Positions 27,115 to 42,128 of a stretch of 64,000 bases of DNA are shown one piece after another. The notes under the pieces are model-generated. The model saw nothing but the letters and a program-made list of their open reading frames with translations. It made no database searches and was not told the DNA's origin. The translations under genes and the position numbers were made by a program. Origin of the DNA: Octopus vulgaris (Eukaryota); the NCBI GenBank assembly GCA_951406725.2, contig OX597816.1, positions 92,380,001-92,444,000 of the forward strand, read 5' to 3'. Each line of letters starts with the position of its first letter. Within the stretch, counting starts at the first letter, position 1.

Positions 27115-28381
27115 TATATACGTATAGACATAGATATATACTTATCTGCACGCACACACATCCATCCATATATGTATCTCAAAGTGCTCACTACATGCGG
27201 TATTCTTAAGAATAAATGCTGATATAAGAATACGCATGTATTAATATGCTATTACTCTCCCTCTCTGTCTCTATATCACATACATACATATGTATTGTAT
27301 ACTCACGCACATACACACGCATATCTGTGATGTGAGCAGAAAAGAGAAAGAGAAAGCGGAAGAGATGGAGCGAGAGCAATATTCGTGCATGCGTGTATCC
27401 ATATGGTCAAGCACATCTGCATTTATTTCATAGACATAAATACTTATGCCCAGTAGATAGACGGATACATGCGTAGTCGCTTAGATACAGTTAAATATAC
27501 ACATGGAAATTAAATTACATATACAAGCATGCACGTTTTCTTATGTAAACAACAAAATTTAGTTCGAACACGATTGGTACTTTGAATAAAAGTAAATATT
27601 TCATTACTAAGCGATCACCGAGGATAAATATATTGTAAATAAAGAATAGATTACTATTATAAATATATATATATATTGATTTATTTTGCTTAGTCACATG
27701 TACATGTTGTAATATGGTAATAGTGAAATGGATCGACGCAGTTATATGGCTGATGTATTTATTTTATGATGATGGATAAAGCCAACGCGGTTGATATTGG
27801 AATTCATTACGCCCACCCGCATACCCAAACACACATATACTGAGCGTCATAGAAACACGCACAGATATACGCACATGCAAAAACACACATCACCCATATA
27901 CGAGTGCTTAGGAGGTTCACTTTGCAGCCATGATGTTCCTGGTTCGATTCCCCTATGTGACGTCTTGGGCAAATCTCCTAAAGAAAAGACGGGCCAACTA
28001 TCTTATAAATGAAAATCGGGAGACAAAAACAGTGTAGATACCTGCCGAAAAGATTGAATGTTACATTCAGTGGCCCAACATTGAGACACTGTCATGCTGG
28101 TTCAGTATTCAAATTGCGTTAAAGTATATGTTACAGTGGAATGCTCAGTCACTTTACAATGAGTCTGGTGGTACTTTAGTTATGAACATTTACCTTACTT
28201 CATGATATATATATACATGTAAATTTGAACTATATATTTCATTTTCGTAGGCTATATTATCATATAGCCTACGAAACGCATTGATACATTTTTCGTTTGT
28301 ACCCACGCATACATGTATATGTGTATGTGCATGTTTACATACGTCTATATTTATATTCGTGTGTATGTGTATATATGTAGA

Positions 28382-28446
<65 letters not shown>

Positions 28447-28485
28447 TGTGTGTGTGTGTGTGTGTGTGTGTGTGCATGTGTGTGT

Positions 28486-28618
28486 GTGTTTCTTTCTGTG
28501 GAAGAGCGTTGGCTCGAAACGTAAAAGACCTTTTCAATTCCCGAGCGTTATACTAATACATCTGTTTGTTTTCTACACCACCTGTCTTCGTCTTGTGTTT
28601 TTATCGTGAATTCTCCCT
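28486..28618 (+). mobile_element. family B short element, copy 2, with hammerhead-like motif at 28491-28528
   Basis: TCTTT-CTGTGGA-A-GAGC gttg GCTC-GAAA-CGTA-AAAGA followed by the shared GAGCG...TACTAATACA...CACCTG.CTTCGTCTT tail; between (TA)/(TG) and (CA)/(TA)/(GA) microsatellites. Confidence 0.65.
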
Positions 28619-28657
28619 ACACACACACATATATATATTATATATATATATATATAT

Positions 28658-28767
<110 letters not shown>

Positions 28768-29217
28768 AGTATATTTTAAAAACAAACGGTAAGAGACACA
28801 AATGCATTCTACATATTTCTTGATAGGGGAAAGTTTAAAGTTTATTTTAAAGTAGTATGCACTCAACATGAGCACCATTTTTGCTCGACAAACATGGTGG
28901 TTATATCACGTACATATACATCCTCACGCACATACATACATACATACATACATACATACATACATACATACATACATACATACATACATACATACATACA
29001 CACACACACGAGAACGTTATTCATCATGTCACAAGTAATGAAGAAAATATACTTTTCTTATTATGGTAATAATAAAGGTAATGTTATTTAGGTACCCTAA
29101 TTATGATTTTATTTTTGCATATAATAGTGCTTATACAAAATTATGAAATGAGTGCTAATATTCAAAATGAAAAAGAAATCAAAATAATTTTGTCTATTAT
29201 CTCAATGCTCGAAGTTT

Positions 29218-29601
29218 ATGGAAGAAGGCAGTCGATTTCATCAGCTCAATAGATCAATTGGTTCTTATCATTGATTTCGAAGGGATGAAAAGCAAAGTTG
29301 ACCTTGGTGGTATTTGAACCAGTGCGCTAACAACGATGCCACCTTGCCGCTTTAAAGGAATTATAATAATAAAAATAAAATAAATATTGCTTTCAAATTT
29401 TGGAACAAGTCCAGCAATTTTGGGGAAGGGAATAAGTAGTTTATATCGACCCCAGTGTTCAACTGGTACTTATTCTATCGAATCCGGAAGGATGAAAAGC
29501 AAAATCGATCTCGGCAGAACTTGAACTTAGAGCGTAGAGACAGACGAACTGTCGTTAAGCATTTTCCCCGGGGTGCTAACAACTCTGTCAGCTCGCTGCC
29601 T
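29218..29601 (-). mobile_element. two degraded Nin/Deu-like SINE copies (29218-29352, 29385-29601)
   Basis: GGATGAAAAGCAAA.TYGA.CT core (reverse complement of the conserved domain) occurs twice. Confidence 0.65.
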
Positions 29602-30396
29602 TGAAAAGATAAATAAATATTACTTATCAATTGATACCAGCCAAAACAAAGCAACTGTTATGGGTATTGTAGAGAATTACCCATCATATGACAAGTGTTT
29701 TAATGTTTGCAATATACTTTTGTTATTTTGGTCAATATCATATAATGTCACGTTGCTGAAATAGTGATAACTTCTTTCAAATTTCGCTGTGTTTATACAA
29801 AATAATGAAATTCAGCAAATTTTGAAAATATTTAAATTTATTAATATTAAATAGGAATTAATGAAAAACATTTCTCACTTGATATTTACTATAAATATAT
29901 TATCAATAAAAACAATTACTGCTTAACTGCCAATTACTGAAATATTTTAATATTCTGATAAAGAAGTGTATAAAAAATATTTACTAAAAATTACATTTTC
30001 AGTTGAGTTAATTTTCATTGTCTAAGTTAAGTTGTTTCTAGCTCATTTCTTCCATTTTGTTGTTCTTTAAAGCAATTGCCTGAAGGCAAGTGTCATAGTG
30101 ATTAGGATGTCCTGCTCACGATAGCAGGAGTGTGGTTTCGATTCCCAGACCGGCGGGGCGTTGTGATCCTGGTTAAAATATTTTGCTTCAAGCATTCCAC
30201 TCAATTATAAATGGATTCTGTTCAGCAGAAGTGTTCTGTTACGTTCACCTGCCCTCCAGGGTAGGAGAGTGACATCATTCGAAAGCTATAGAAATACGTA
30301 GAAGCTCATTGCAACCAGCAATGTATAGAATCATCTGGTAGTCTAGTCGATAGAGTGATAAAGCAGTCACAAGGAAAACTTTACATAATGCACAGG

Positions 30397-30443
<47 letters not shown>

Positions 30444-30502
30444 CGTATATATATATATGTATATACATACATACATACATTACATACATACATACATACC
30501 AA

Positions 30503-30950
30503 TAACGTACCCCTTGCTCGGGTCCTTTCTGATCAGCGTCACCATCTCTGGCTCGCAGACCTGGGAATTCTTCAATTCTGCTGACCAGTAGGTGCCCGAA
30601 CAAGTTTGGCATACTTTTGTAAAACTCGTAGGGCAAACCATCAAGTCCCGGTGACTTGTCCCCGGTGCACCGGGAAAGTAACTATATGACCTCCGTATCC
30701 GTGTTCGGTCCTTCGCAGCATCCAGCCTCTCGTGCTAAGAGACGCGAGCCGCCAGTCAGGAAGTCCCAAAGGGCCTCACTATGGTCCAGCACATCGCCAC
30801 CGCTCCCACGAACAACTTGGCAAAGTGCTTGTAATGGACTTCACACATCTCGTCTTGTCCTCCGACCAAACGTTTTTCTTCGTCAACCTAGGACCTAATT
30901 GTAACATCATTGCCACGTTGGGTCTCTACCAAACGTCTGTTTGCTTGTAA
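30503..30950 (-). mobile_element. L1/Tx1-like LINE internal fragment (pre-RT region)
   Basis: GC-rich island; minus strand reads YKHFAKLF...DKSPGLDGLPYEFYKSMPNLFGHLL (KSPGxDGLxxEFY motif of APE-type LINEs); contains stops. Confidence 0.7.
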
Positions 30951-31152
30951 GATGGCGCATAAATGCCGACCAACCTTTACATATTTTACATATGATGTAT
31001 ATATGTATGTTTGTACATATACGTGAAGATTTGCATGTTTTGTTTTATGCATTCCTTCTCATGCATATACTTGCATATCTAGACAAACTCATATATAGCT
31101 ACATGTTAAACTTCTGGAAAGTTTTACAGATTTTTACAGTTCCATATGTATG

Positions 31153-31186
<34 letters not shown>

Positions 31187-32474
31187 TGTATGTATGTATG
31201 TATGTATGTATGTAGTTGTGTTCCTGTGTTTATATTAGCATCTGCATTTGTCGTTTTACTTTGTGCTGTGTATAATTTCCTTCATGGTATTTCGTGCCAA
31301 TTCTGTCTTTTTAATTGAACATATTTCACAGTTTCTTTTTGCGTAGAACATTAGCTTCCGTTTTTAAGAAAATATCAATATTAGAAGTATTTCTCATAAG
31401 TGTTTTTTAAAAAACTAAATGTAAACATCAAGTGTCCGTGATATATTTGAGAATGATTTGCATTAAATAAACTAGTAATTCGAAACAAAAACAAATCTAT
31501 GATATGAATGGTCGCTTAAAATTTAAAGAAGTCCCTTGGAGCTTTTACAAGTTGTTTTCTTTACTTTATAATGTTAACCAGTTAACTATATGTGATTGTG
31601 ATATAATGTCTCACGCTTCATACATACAGATCGATCATTCAATGTTATACACTATGTAATCTGTTAAAGGAAGCATTATATACCATCAGCAGTCAATGTA
31701 TAAAATGTACTCTTAGATCTGAAATTTCATGTAACACTTAAAGTGCCATACATCATATTTTAAATCAGTTAATACAAGAAATGTACTTAAACCATTATGT
31801 GATGTGAAAAACTGTTTTTATTTATGTGAAGAATACAAGCAATGTTATTTTGAATTTCCTTTTAAATGTGCCATTAATGTTTATCAATTGAGTCTTACGT
31901 TGTAAAGTATCGCCTTTTTATATTGATGTCATATTTGGGTCACCAAATTTTTGGGTATTCTTTCTTGATGTGTCATGCGAATGTTATAGGTGGTTTGGTT
32001 TGTAAGATAATGAAACTTGCTCTACAAGATATGATCATTGAAATCCGTTTATGTATGAGATGAAATAATCAGATATGAGAAGTATCTCTCAAATGGTTTA
32101 TTGTATTTCAGTGAAATAAGATCGGATTTTTTTCTGTTTTATTGAGAAATCTCTAGAAGCGCTGCTTCATAATAAAGTGTCTACTGAATGTTATTATATA
32201 TATGTATGTATATGTGTGGGAGACCGTGTTTTCCCTGAATCCTGACACTTAGCATGTCTATGATCTATGAGGAACACATCGCAATTACATAAATGAACAA
32301 GTAATATCATTGACAGCGGGGAGGGTAACGTTTTGAATTACAAAATGAAAATGGGATAAAATATAAAAACTTAAGAATTAAAACGAAATATTAAATGTCT
32401 TTTACCGGGAATTTCTGCAATTTAATTAAGCTAACAACACAACGCTTGTAAATCCCCTATAGCTAAGTCAAATA

Positions 32475-33738
32475 TTGGGTTGGCAACTAAGTTCCCGCCG
32501 TTTTTTAAAATTTTGTAATTGATTGCGTTTGTAAATTTTGAAATCTATTTTTTTCGAGAATTCTATTTTTGAATCATTTGGGAATCTATTTTGTATTCTT
32601 TCTAGTTAATTTTTGTTTATTCTCAGATCATTAAAATGGAATGTCAAGTTAAGGAAAACGAGCATTTTCGACAACTCCTTTTTGCTTTTCTAAGGCCGCA
32701 AAAGCTGCTCGCAACATTTGTGCTGTGTATGGAGAGGGTTCCATAGCTGAAAGAACCGCTCGTGATTGGTATGCCAAGTTCAAAAATGGAAATTTTGCCC
32801 TCAAAGACGCACCTCGTTCTGGCCGTCCGGGCTGAGTTCGAGGAACGATTAAATCAAATTTTGCACGGATATTCTCGTCAAACAACAAGGGAACTGGCAG
32901 AGAAAATGGAATGCTCCCACACTGCTATAGAGAAGCATCTTCACTCGATGGAAAAGTTTAAGAAGTATGGAGCATGGGTTCCGCATGCTTTAAGTGGCAA
33001 CAGCAAAAATCAACTAGCCACAATCTCCGCTGGTTTGCTTACTCGTCACTGCTCAACTCATGGACACATGCAACGATTTCTTTACCGAATCGTTATTGGC
33101 GACGAAAAGTGGTGCCTGTACATCAATATGAAGCAGCGTAAGGAATGACTTAGCCTCGGTAAACAAGCGACACCACGCGTGAAACAAGATCTTCATCCGC
33201 GTAAAACAATGTTGTGCGTATGGTGGGACTGGGAACTGATTATCCATTATGAATTGCTTATATGGAACCAAACGGTCAACACGGAACTCTATGTCCAACA
33301 GATGGAACGAGTCAACACGGCTATTTAAGAGAAAAGACCTAATCGACAGCATGGAGTTCTTCTGCTGCACGACAACATATCTCCATTATGACCAAGGAAG
33401 TCATTCAAAGGCATGGCTGGGAAGTGCTGTCACACCCGCCGTACTCTCCTGATTTCCACGTCTTTCGATCTCTTGCAAATGCTATGCGTGGAGTTTCGTT
33501 CAATACTGATGCAGAATTGAGAGCTTGGTTGGATCAATTTTCCGAGTCGAAATCGGATGATTTCTACCAACGAGGTATTGAAAATCTTGTTGAACGTTGG
33601 GAAGCAACAAGGGTGTTGAACGTTGGGAATCAACAAGGATGAATACAATATTGATTAATTAGTTGTTATTTTTTACTAAACCTTTAAAAAAATTTAAATT
33701 GAAAAAAAAAAACGGCGGGAACTTAGTTGCCAACCTAA
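32475..33738 (+). mobile_element. full-length mariner transposon (mellifera-subfamily-like), defective
   Basis: ~32-bp TIRs TT(G/A)GGTTGGCAACTAAGTTCCCGCCGTTTTTT with one mismatch; TA TSDs at 32473-74 and 33739-40; length 1264 bp. Confidence 0.95.
32636..33657 (+). pseudogene. mariner transposase pseudogene
   Basis: MECQVKENEHFR..., DAPRSGRP, WVPHAL, IVIGDEKW, LLHDN, HPPYSPD(deletion)FHVFRSL; several frameshifts and stops, and a small duplication near 33588-33638. Confidence 0.92.
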
Positions 33739-34083
33739 TAGCAGAGACACGTTCAGACAAGTATGGACAATCCCGTGAAATTATTAGCCGCCTTGCAAAT
33801 TTACAGCAAATATTTGATGGTTATGATAGTGAATTCTATATCAAGTTTGACCATAGAATTGTTTATTTTTTTTGAATTAAATGTTCAACATTGATTTATT
33901 CTTTCTAAGTTCTGTAATATTTGTATGATTAATATGTCTTATTCTCAACGAACCATTCCCTGATAACTATATAGATTCTTCAAATACCGGGTGAGTAGAG
34001 ATAGCTTAAGCATCGTTGGCTATTATTAAAATTATTTCGAGGAAAATATTTTATTGATATTTCTGAATATAACTATTTGTAAG

Positions 34084-34144
<61 letters not shown>

Positions 34145-37100
34145 GTGTGTGCGTGTGTGTGTTTTAAAAGGTATATACGATAATTTATTTTATTAGTCAC
34201 ATACACAATTTGTGTAAGGTGGTGATATACTCATATACACTCACATTAATATACCCTTATACATACGTATATATGTATGCGTGTGTATATAAATATATAT
34301 TCATACATGCATACACATATATACATTCAGAGACACATTTTATAATGTTGTAATTTCTGGAGCATCTTATAATTCATCTAAATTTGTATATCATTTTGAT
34401 ACTTGATTGTCAATAAATGCTCCACAGACTCTTAAAGTATGTTAAAAATCTTGCCAAATTTATTAAAGGAAGAATCTTATTTTTATTTCTTTTGCCCTTT
34501 TCTCCTTTGTTTGAATTTCCATTTTGTTCTTTGTTACTTATTGGTTTCTTTAGTGGAATAACTTACTCGTAGCCAATACTCATTTTGCAATTATCATAAT
34601 TACAAAGTTCTACTAGACTTAACACATTTAGCAGCTCGTCTGATATGTAAAACTTTCTAGATAAATCTTATATTTTAATCTTTTATAGTTGCCATAACAA
34701 CTATTAGGAGATATGTTTTTGTTTACTATCTCTTCAGTTCTTCATCTCCATAATTGCAATCTAAATACAATATTTTCATTCAGTTTGGAATATTGCCAAA
34801 ATAATACTCCAGATGAAAACCAGTAAGCTAGAAACGAATTTGGCTGAAATCATTTGAGTGTATACTGTAATAATACATAGATAATTCTATGTAATCTGGA
34901 ATATATATAGCTATGACATTAGTGAAAGCCACACATAAACTGACCTCGAGATTTTTAAACTGGTATATTTATTTGATTTCTGAAAGAACAAATTTCTATG
35001 TGAAATATTGCGCAAATATCATAACTGCATTTGGGGAGTGAAACATAAACAATTTGTCTTGGATTTTTTCCAGTAGGGGGCGAGTCTTCTAACTATAATT
35101 TCACGCCAAATTTTATGCTGCGGACTATAAACTGAATATTACAAACCGAATAAAAGACCATTTGAAGAAAGTTAACAGATCCATTCTATATACATATAAT
35201 AGAGATGCATAGGCTGACTATTAACTGCATCCATTTGTATCAGACTGATACGAAATATTGCAATAAAAAACAATTTATTACTTTTCAAAGCAATTGATAG
35301 TATTCCCTAGAAAAATGGAATAGTCACTTGATATAGTATTTGTTAATATAGACTGTTTAAACTTGTTTTCTGTCGAAAATACCATTTCATCAGAGCTATC
35401 AGATACTGCCCTCAACACACGAAAGGAAAATGGCTGAGAATTTTTTTATTTGATTGTTACTTTTCTCTTTAAATTTTGCTTTTTATCTATATTCCTCTTG
35501 GAGAATATACACTGTAATAGCGTAATAATATTTAATGTATTTTATGATGATAAATTGAGGATGGCGACGATGTAGCAGTTCTAAATCAATTTTACATCAA
35601 GTTAAGCGATCGAGGTAATTTAGAAGGCAACCTACTATATTATCTATATTATATACAATAATTTATTACATATACAGTAATATTTTGAGCCGATGAAGCA
35701 GTTTCGATTCCCAGTAAATTAACCTATATCATGATCCTAAAGTTGATTCTATAGTGACATATGTTAATATCCCCATTTCCCCACTCTAAAATAAAAACAG
35801 GAGTAGGTAGAAATAAGTCAATATGCTATTAAATTTGATTTGTTTTTGGTGGTGTAAAACAAATTGTCAAAATCCTTAAAAGATTTAATATTCTAATAAT
35901 TAGGCCACTTAAGATAAATACAGTTTTCACTCAATACGAGATCACTGTAAAAAAAGAAAGGCAACTTCGTAATAAGACGGGTTCAATCACAAGGAAATTT
36001 TAAATGAAAAGTACAAAAAGACAAAACGAAACAAAAATAAAAACGAAATCTTCGATGGTTCTGTGACCCTGAAAATAACAGAATGTAAACGAGTCCTGTC
36101 ATGTTTCAGAATAGTTGTGGATTGTATACAATCTCCGGTAAAATGTAAAAAAATAGCTTAAAAATAGCTATTGAAAAAGATAACATTTACTAAATTTTAA
36201 AAATTGTTTGGGTAAATGGCAAATACATGAAATATTGTTCATTTAAAATATGGTTCATATATATATATATAGACATAATGTAGAAAAATATTTGGAATTT
36301 AGCTTAACGGTTATATTTGGAGTGAAAAAGTCTGTAAGGCAGAATTTGTTTACAAACAAATTATAACCTCACTGGTGTTTCATGAATAAATATCCATTTT
36401 TGCAAGCTTAGTGTACTCCAAATTAGGTTATTCCAAATGTTCGTTTTAGCGCTGGTACTCGTGTTACTTCTAGCAGGTTTAGCTATCACATAGAATCATC
36501 TTTCATTAGTTTGCTAATATTCTCTAATACTGCTTATTCATTTATTAGTCAGTGTTAAACATTTCCTTCAAATGGATTTCATAACTGGATTAACTGTATG
36601 TAACAAAAAGTGTTGCACATATATTAGGTCAAGTAATCAAACTCTGTATTCCACGACGATTTAAACTATATTATGTGCTATGATCATAAAAGTTATAAGT
36701 GTACACACGTAAACATTTCCAAGGCGGAATTTCCAATCATTCTGAGAGTAAGGTAGTCCTTATTTGCGCGTTAGTAGAATCCCCTATTACATAAGGTCAT
36801 TCAGTTTGTTCAGGAATATAATGCACCAGTAAGAATATATCCAGAAAACACAGGATCTGTGTTACTAATAAAACCATTTCCTTGGGTGTGCTATACTTCT
36901 TAGCCACTGAGTTAACAGAAGACAGTAGCTCATAGATCAGTATATTTTACCACCATGTGAGACAAATATTGGAATATCTTAACTTTTAGTTCATGTACTC
37001 ACCAAAAGTTAGTGAGATGCTGGCCTTATATAAATCAGTTCGACTGAAAAATATTTAGACTGAGGAATTTTATTCAAATAATTGTAAAGTGTGTTGAATA

Positions 37101-37302
37101 AGTAACGCAAAGTGCAGGTAATTTTGCTAAATTAACTAGATCTTCGTATTGGAGGGACTATAGAAGATAATGGTTTTGATGCTTTGATATACCGGAGACT
37201 ATTTACGATTTACATTTTGCGAAATTCAGCTCCTAGTAGGTTGGTTTCCAAGAGAGCAATAGAAAATTTTAAGTAAATATATTCAAGTAACATTTTGACC
37301 TG

Positions 37303-37369
37303 TACGTATATTGGTATGCTACCAATATACGTATATTGGTATGCTACCAATATACGTATATTGGTAGCA
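37303..37369. repeat. 25-bp tandem repeat built from overlapping palindromes
   Basis: Unit TACGTATATTGGTATGCTACCAATA x~2.6; ends in a perfect 28-bp palindrome at 37342-37369. Confidence 0.9.
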
Positions 37370-40300
37370 GGGATCTGTGAATGTATAGCACTAACATCTC
37401 TGTGAAAATGTCATATATATCCACTTTTTATGCTGTTAAAGTGGTTGATCCTTCATTGTTGAATACTGCTGAATATGCATCTGAGTAGAAAATATAAATG
37501 TTCGATGCTTAAGTGTTATTTCATTCATGCTAAGTCATAAAAGTATAAGGTAATTTAGCATGGAGGTAAAATGAGAAGGTGAGGCGTTCATATAACTTTG
37601 TCATCCTAAATGAATTGGAGTTAAACTGGGAGTGGGATACAAATAGAGCCTGATCTCTAAAATCTCATATATATGTCATAATATTTTACCAACATAAGAT
37701 AACAATGTCACGCCAATTCGTTCGCGACAACGGAAGAAGTGATTTTTACATAATATTTACTGAATTCATTTATGCCATACAGTCGGAAACATAATGTAAT
37801 TATACTTAAGAAGTAATTATATTTGAAGGGTACATTCTATTTTAATATACTGAAATCTTGGTTTTTATTTAGAATACACATTTGGAATTGACTAACAGTC
37901 ATTTAGGTCAACATTATTGATAGAGAATCGATTTGATAAAATTCAGAGGGTATCAGTTGTCAAGATACTAAAGTCTGTATGACTCAGTTTAGGTCCCTTA
38001 GCTTAAAATAGGCATTGGTAAGTAATTGGATGTCGCAACGTTACACCATATGCAGCTATAGCAATGCATGCTTTAAAGGTTGTATTCCTTACATGTAGGG
38101 CTAAGTTCAGGTTGTCCCAATTTAACTAAATGAAAGGTAATTCAGCGCATTCTCTTTACATGTTTGCAATTTCTATGCTCTCTTCAATGGAAATAAAGCA
38201 ATAGAACATAGTTGCAAACAGTTAAGATATATTTTCGTGTTTTACTTATTGCGTGCAAGTTTAGAAAAGCGTACAAAATTAATATATATGTAACAGTGTG
38301 TCAGTATATTTACTTTATTAGGCCTTTTTGTTGTTGAATTTAGTTCAATATCTAAGTGATCGTTAGGCGAAATGACCAAAAAGTCTCTAGTGTAGTGAGA
38401 TAGTACGGTCTTTCCATTTGATTCGAAAATTTCCCATCTCATCCAAAGTTAATGAACTGTAAAATAGGTAAAAGCTGTAATATTGTACGTTCCTTCCTTC
38501 TAAAATAAAAGACAGCAATTGTAAAAAAAAAAAAAAAAACTAATATTGTTATCGTTAAGGCACAATGCTAAGCTTTTATTAAACACAGTTCGTGATATAT
38601 TTGGATACATAACTCGAAACTTACACATTTACTAATATTTACATCAATCTGTTTAGTGTTTCCGTAATATATATTTCAAGAACGTTGCAATATACCTTGA
38701 TTCTTATGAGTGATTTATCTGAAAAACATGAAATTGCATTTCGTTTTCTGCTTAGGCAAAGGGGAATTCCAGAGAATGAAGATACAGCTTTCATTGTTGA
38801 AAGTTTTGCCATTAGCTGCTAAAGGATATAAAACAGAGACAACAAAAAACCGAACCTAGTTTATGTACTCAATTCACCAGAAATGTAATTATATCATCGA
38901 AGATTACATCTGGCAGTATTTCTGGAGTTCTTTTCTATAGGAAAAGAGCTGTTTCCCTTTTCATGTCGCATGTTTCAAAATTAATGTTTCATTTCCAAAA
39001 CCTGGTTTATTGAGTAGCACAAATTAGAATCTATCTTATTTTTCAAAAATAACATAAATATATAATTTTATTTTTTGGTGATGAAGATATAATGGTGTTA
39101 ACAGCCTTGAATCACGAGCTGTTCACATAAAGGATTTAGTAAGGCATTAATTAAGAATGGGAGGAATATTTAGCTTTTTTTAATCTTAAGCCTAAAACTG
39201 CGAGAAATGCATAGATTCATAGCAATTAAACTATCGAATTTGCCTTTACATCAAACTACTTTTCCGTCCAATAATTGTAATAGATCTACAACTTATTAGA
39301 GTCCATTGCTTTTGTCATGGTACCCTATCCTCGTTGATGCGCATGACTGAAACCGGTAAAAAAACCTAATGTTAATTTAGAAAATGTCTTTATTGCTGTT
39401 AAACTGTAAAACATTGAAAGAAATTCAATTAATACAATTATTGATCTTTTAAAAATAGTAAAGCTGCATTTGAAATTCCCTAAATATGAAAAGAAAACAA
39501 AAAAGAAAATCGTGAAAACAAAGAATCAATTGGTTTATATGTATCATAAACAATAAGGGAAGTTGCATAAACTGAGCCATTCTTTATTTATTAGGATAAA
39601 CGCGCTCAATAGTATTGTGCTATTTTTACTATAATATTACTGAAAATAGTTTGAAGATTATGTGTCGCCTTTGTATTTTCTTTCCTTTTTATATATTCTG
39701 CTCAAATTACCAATACTCTCTCCCTCTCTCTTTCTCTCTTAATCGGCATAGCGATCGATCCATATATATATATACGCAAACACATATATGACATACTAAA
39801 TGTAATCAAGGATTCTTTTTGACCTAATGTATGAGCATATAATGATTATGTAGACGAGACAGAAGCAAAGGACCGATATAGCAGGGTAAAAGTAGCATTT
39901 CGAGGTTTCACTAACAAATAACATAGGCTTTAATTATTAAATAAATTTAAAAGTTACATGGTAAATGATTTCAAAAGGTTATGAGGGTACTGAAAACACT
40001 TGTGTACTTGCAATAAATCTGTGGGTGACATATTTTTCATGCACACGTCTGAAATAGTCTGTTGATATATTACTTGCAATTGATAAATATATTTTTGTCT
40101 TCACCTATTGAAGATAATATGGAGAAAAACATAAACGATACTGTTCTCTATATTTTTTTATTTACAGTAGATCTTAAGACCAGTCAGTCATTTTCTTATC
40201 TCGAAATGCCCTTGTTTAATGATTCAAGTCACTATTAATCAATGGCGTACATATATTTGATCGATTTTTATGTTGTGTTGAAGCCTATAAATTATGAAAC

Positions 40301-41343
40301 GTCTGTGTTATTAATAAATTCAATGCACATAGATACAGACAATTTCTGAAAATAGAACATCAATCAATAACAGTTAAATTTCCATAATTAAAAACAATGT
40401 ATATGCTCTAATAAAAAATTGTTTCACTTATTTGAGCTCATCTTTTCAAAATTATATTTTATATTTACTCACATAACATTTCTTCTTAGAATCATTGAAT
40501 TCTATAAACAATTCTACTGATTAGATAATGCCAGAGTTTGGTGCAACGGTTTATGTTGGTAGATATCTTCAAGAAAGTTTCTTTGGTTTAGAAACAAGAC
40601 AGATCATCAATTTTGGTAAATAATGTGAATTAAGCTGAAATTAAGTAGTATAGAATTACTTCATAATTATTAAGAATTTCTTATTAGAATTTGTATTTAT
40701 ATTACTTTCCACACCGTATAGAGCAAACGATATTAAAAGACGATATAGTATTTTGTTACATTCGATGACAACCTGATTGCTAATCCCACCGAAATCGACT
40801 TTACGTTTCGTCCTTTTAGCTTCAATAAACTGACTACCAGTCAAGTAAAACTTGTTACAGTATTATTGCAACGAAGATAATGCAGTAGGGCATAGATTCC
40901 ATTGTTGGCGGGTTATCTTGATAAAATAATCAACATCACACTAGAGAGCATTGAAAGACAAACTAGACTGAAAAACTAAAAACAAAAATGATTAACAATA
41001 ATGTAGCTAAACACATAAGAATGTATTAACTATAAATTCGATCTTAAAACTCTTTTCTGTGAATCAACAGAGTATAATTAATTTAATAATGATCTAATAT
41101 AAAAAAAAAATTGCCCATAAGGGTAAAGCTATTCCATTTATTATCTACATATACATGATCTTACTGTAATCTTACCTTTATCTGAGTAGCTACAATGGAT
41201 AACACTACGTGTTTGAATGGTACCAAACTATGTCTATACATGAAGTAAACAATTTTCTCTAGTACAGTTCTATATTTAAGAGGTGAGGAATTATATACAT
41301 TATTCACATTTGACGGATATTTGTCCTCATCTTGTTTGTTGTT

Positions 41344-41389
41344 AACACAACGTTTCGGCTGATGTGCCCTCCAGCCTTCATCAGGTGTC
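41344..41389 (-). ncRNA. minimal type I hammerhead ribozyme motif, family A (best-preserved copy)
   Basis: GACAC-CTGATGA-A-GGCTG gagggcacat CAGCC-GAAA-CGTT-GTGTT: intact core, perfect 5-bp stem II, stem I GACAC/GUGUU, palindromic AACGUU. Confidence 0.75.
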
Positions 41390-41475
41390 TTAGGGAAATT
41401 TTGAACCTGGGTTCTCATTCCTAAGGTATTTTTTGATATTATTATTATTCAGGGACCTGAATAATAATAATAATA

Positions 41476-41599
<124 letters not shown>

Positions 41600-41669
41600 C
41601 AATAACAACAACAACAACAACATCGAAAGATACCTTAGGAATGAGAATCCAGGTTCGAAAGTTCCCCGA

Positions 41670-41715
41670 GACACCTGATGAAAGCTGGAGGGTATATCAG
41701 CCGAAACGTTGTGTT
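41670..41715 (+). ncRNA. minimal type I hammerhead ribozyme motif, family A
   Basis: GACAC-CTGATGA-A-AGCTG gagggtatat CAGCC-GAAA-CGTT-GTGTT; first stem II pair mutated. Confidence 0.6.
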
Positions 41716-41789
41716 AACAACAAAGAAGATGGGCAAATATCCGTCAAATGTAAATAATGTAAATAATTTTCTCTAGCATAGTTCTGGCT

Positions 41790-42128
41790 ACGCTGCCATG
41801 CAGGCGGCACCGCCTTGAAGAATGTTTAGCCGAATGAATTAACTTCTCAGTACTTTTTTTCGAACCGCTAGGTTACGAAGATGTAAACACTAACACCGGT
41901 TGTCAGGTGCTAGTGGGGAATAAAAACCGATACAAAGACACACAGACACACGTGCACACACGTGCACACGCATACACACGCATACACAGGGTTTTCCTTT
42001 ACCAAATTCACTCACAAGGTTTTGGTCGGTTCGTGCAGACACTTTCCCAAGGTGCCATGTAGTGGGACTGAACCCGGAATCATGCTGTTGAAAAGCAAGC
42101 TGCTTCATACACAGCCACGCCCACGTCT
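41790..42128 (-). mobile_element. tRNA-derived SINE with internal dinucleotide tract
   Basis: Head GGCGTGGCTGTGT...CCGGGTTCAGTCCCAC...GGCACCTTGGG on the minus strand; homologous to 51869-52309 and 56423-56523. Confidence 0.7.

Noticed and set aside
37303-37369. CRISPR-like palindromic repeats
   Set aside because: No unique spacers, no cas genes, eukaryotic context.
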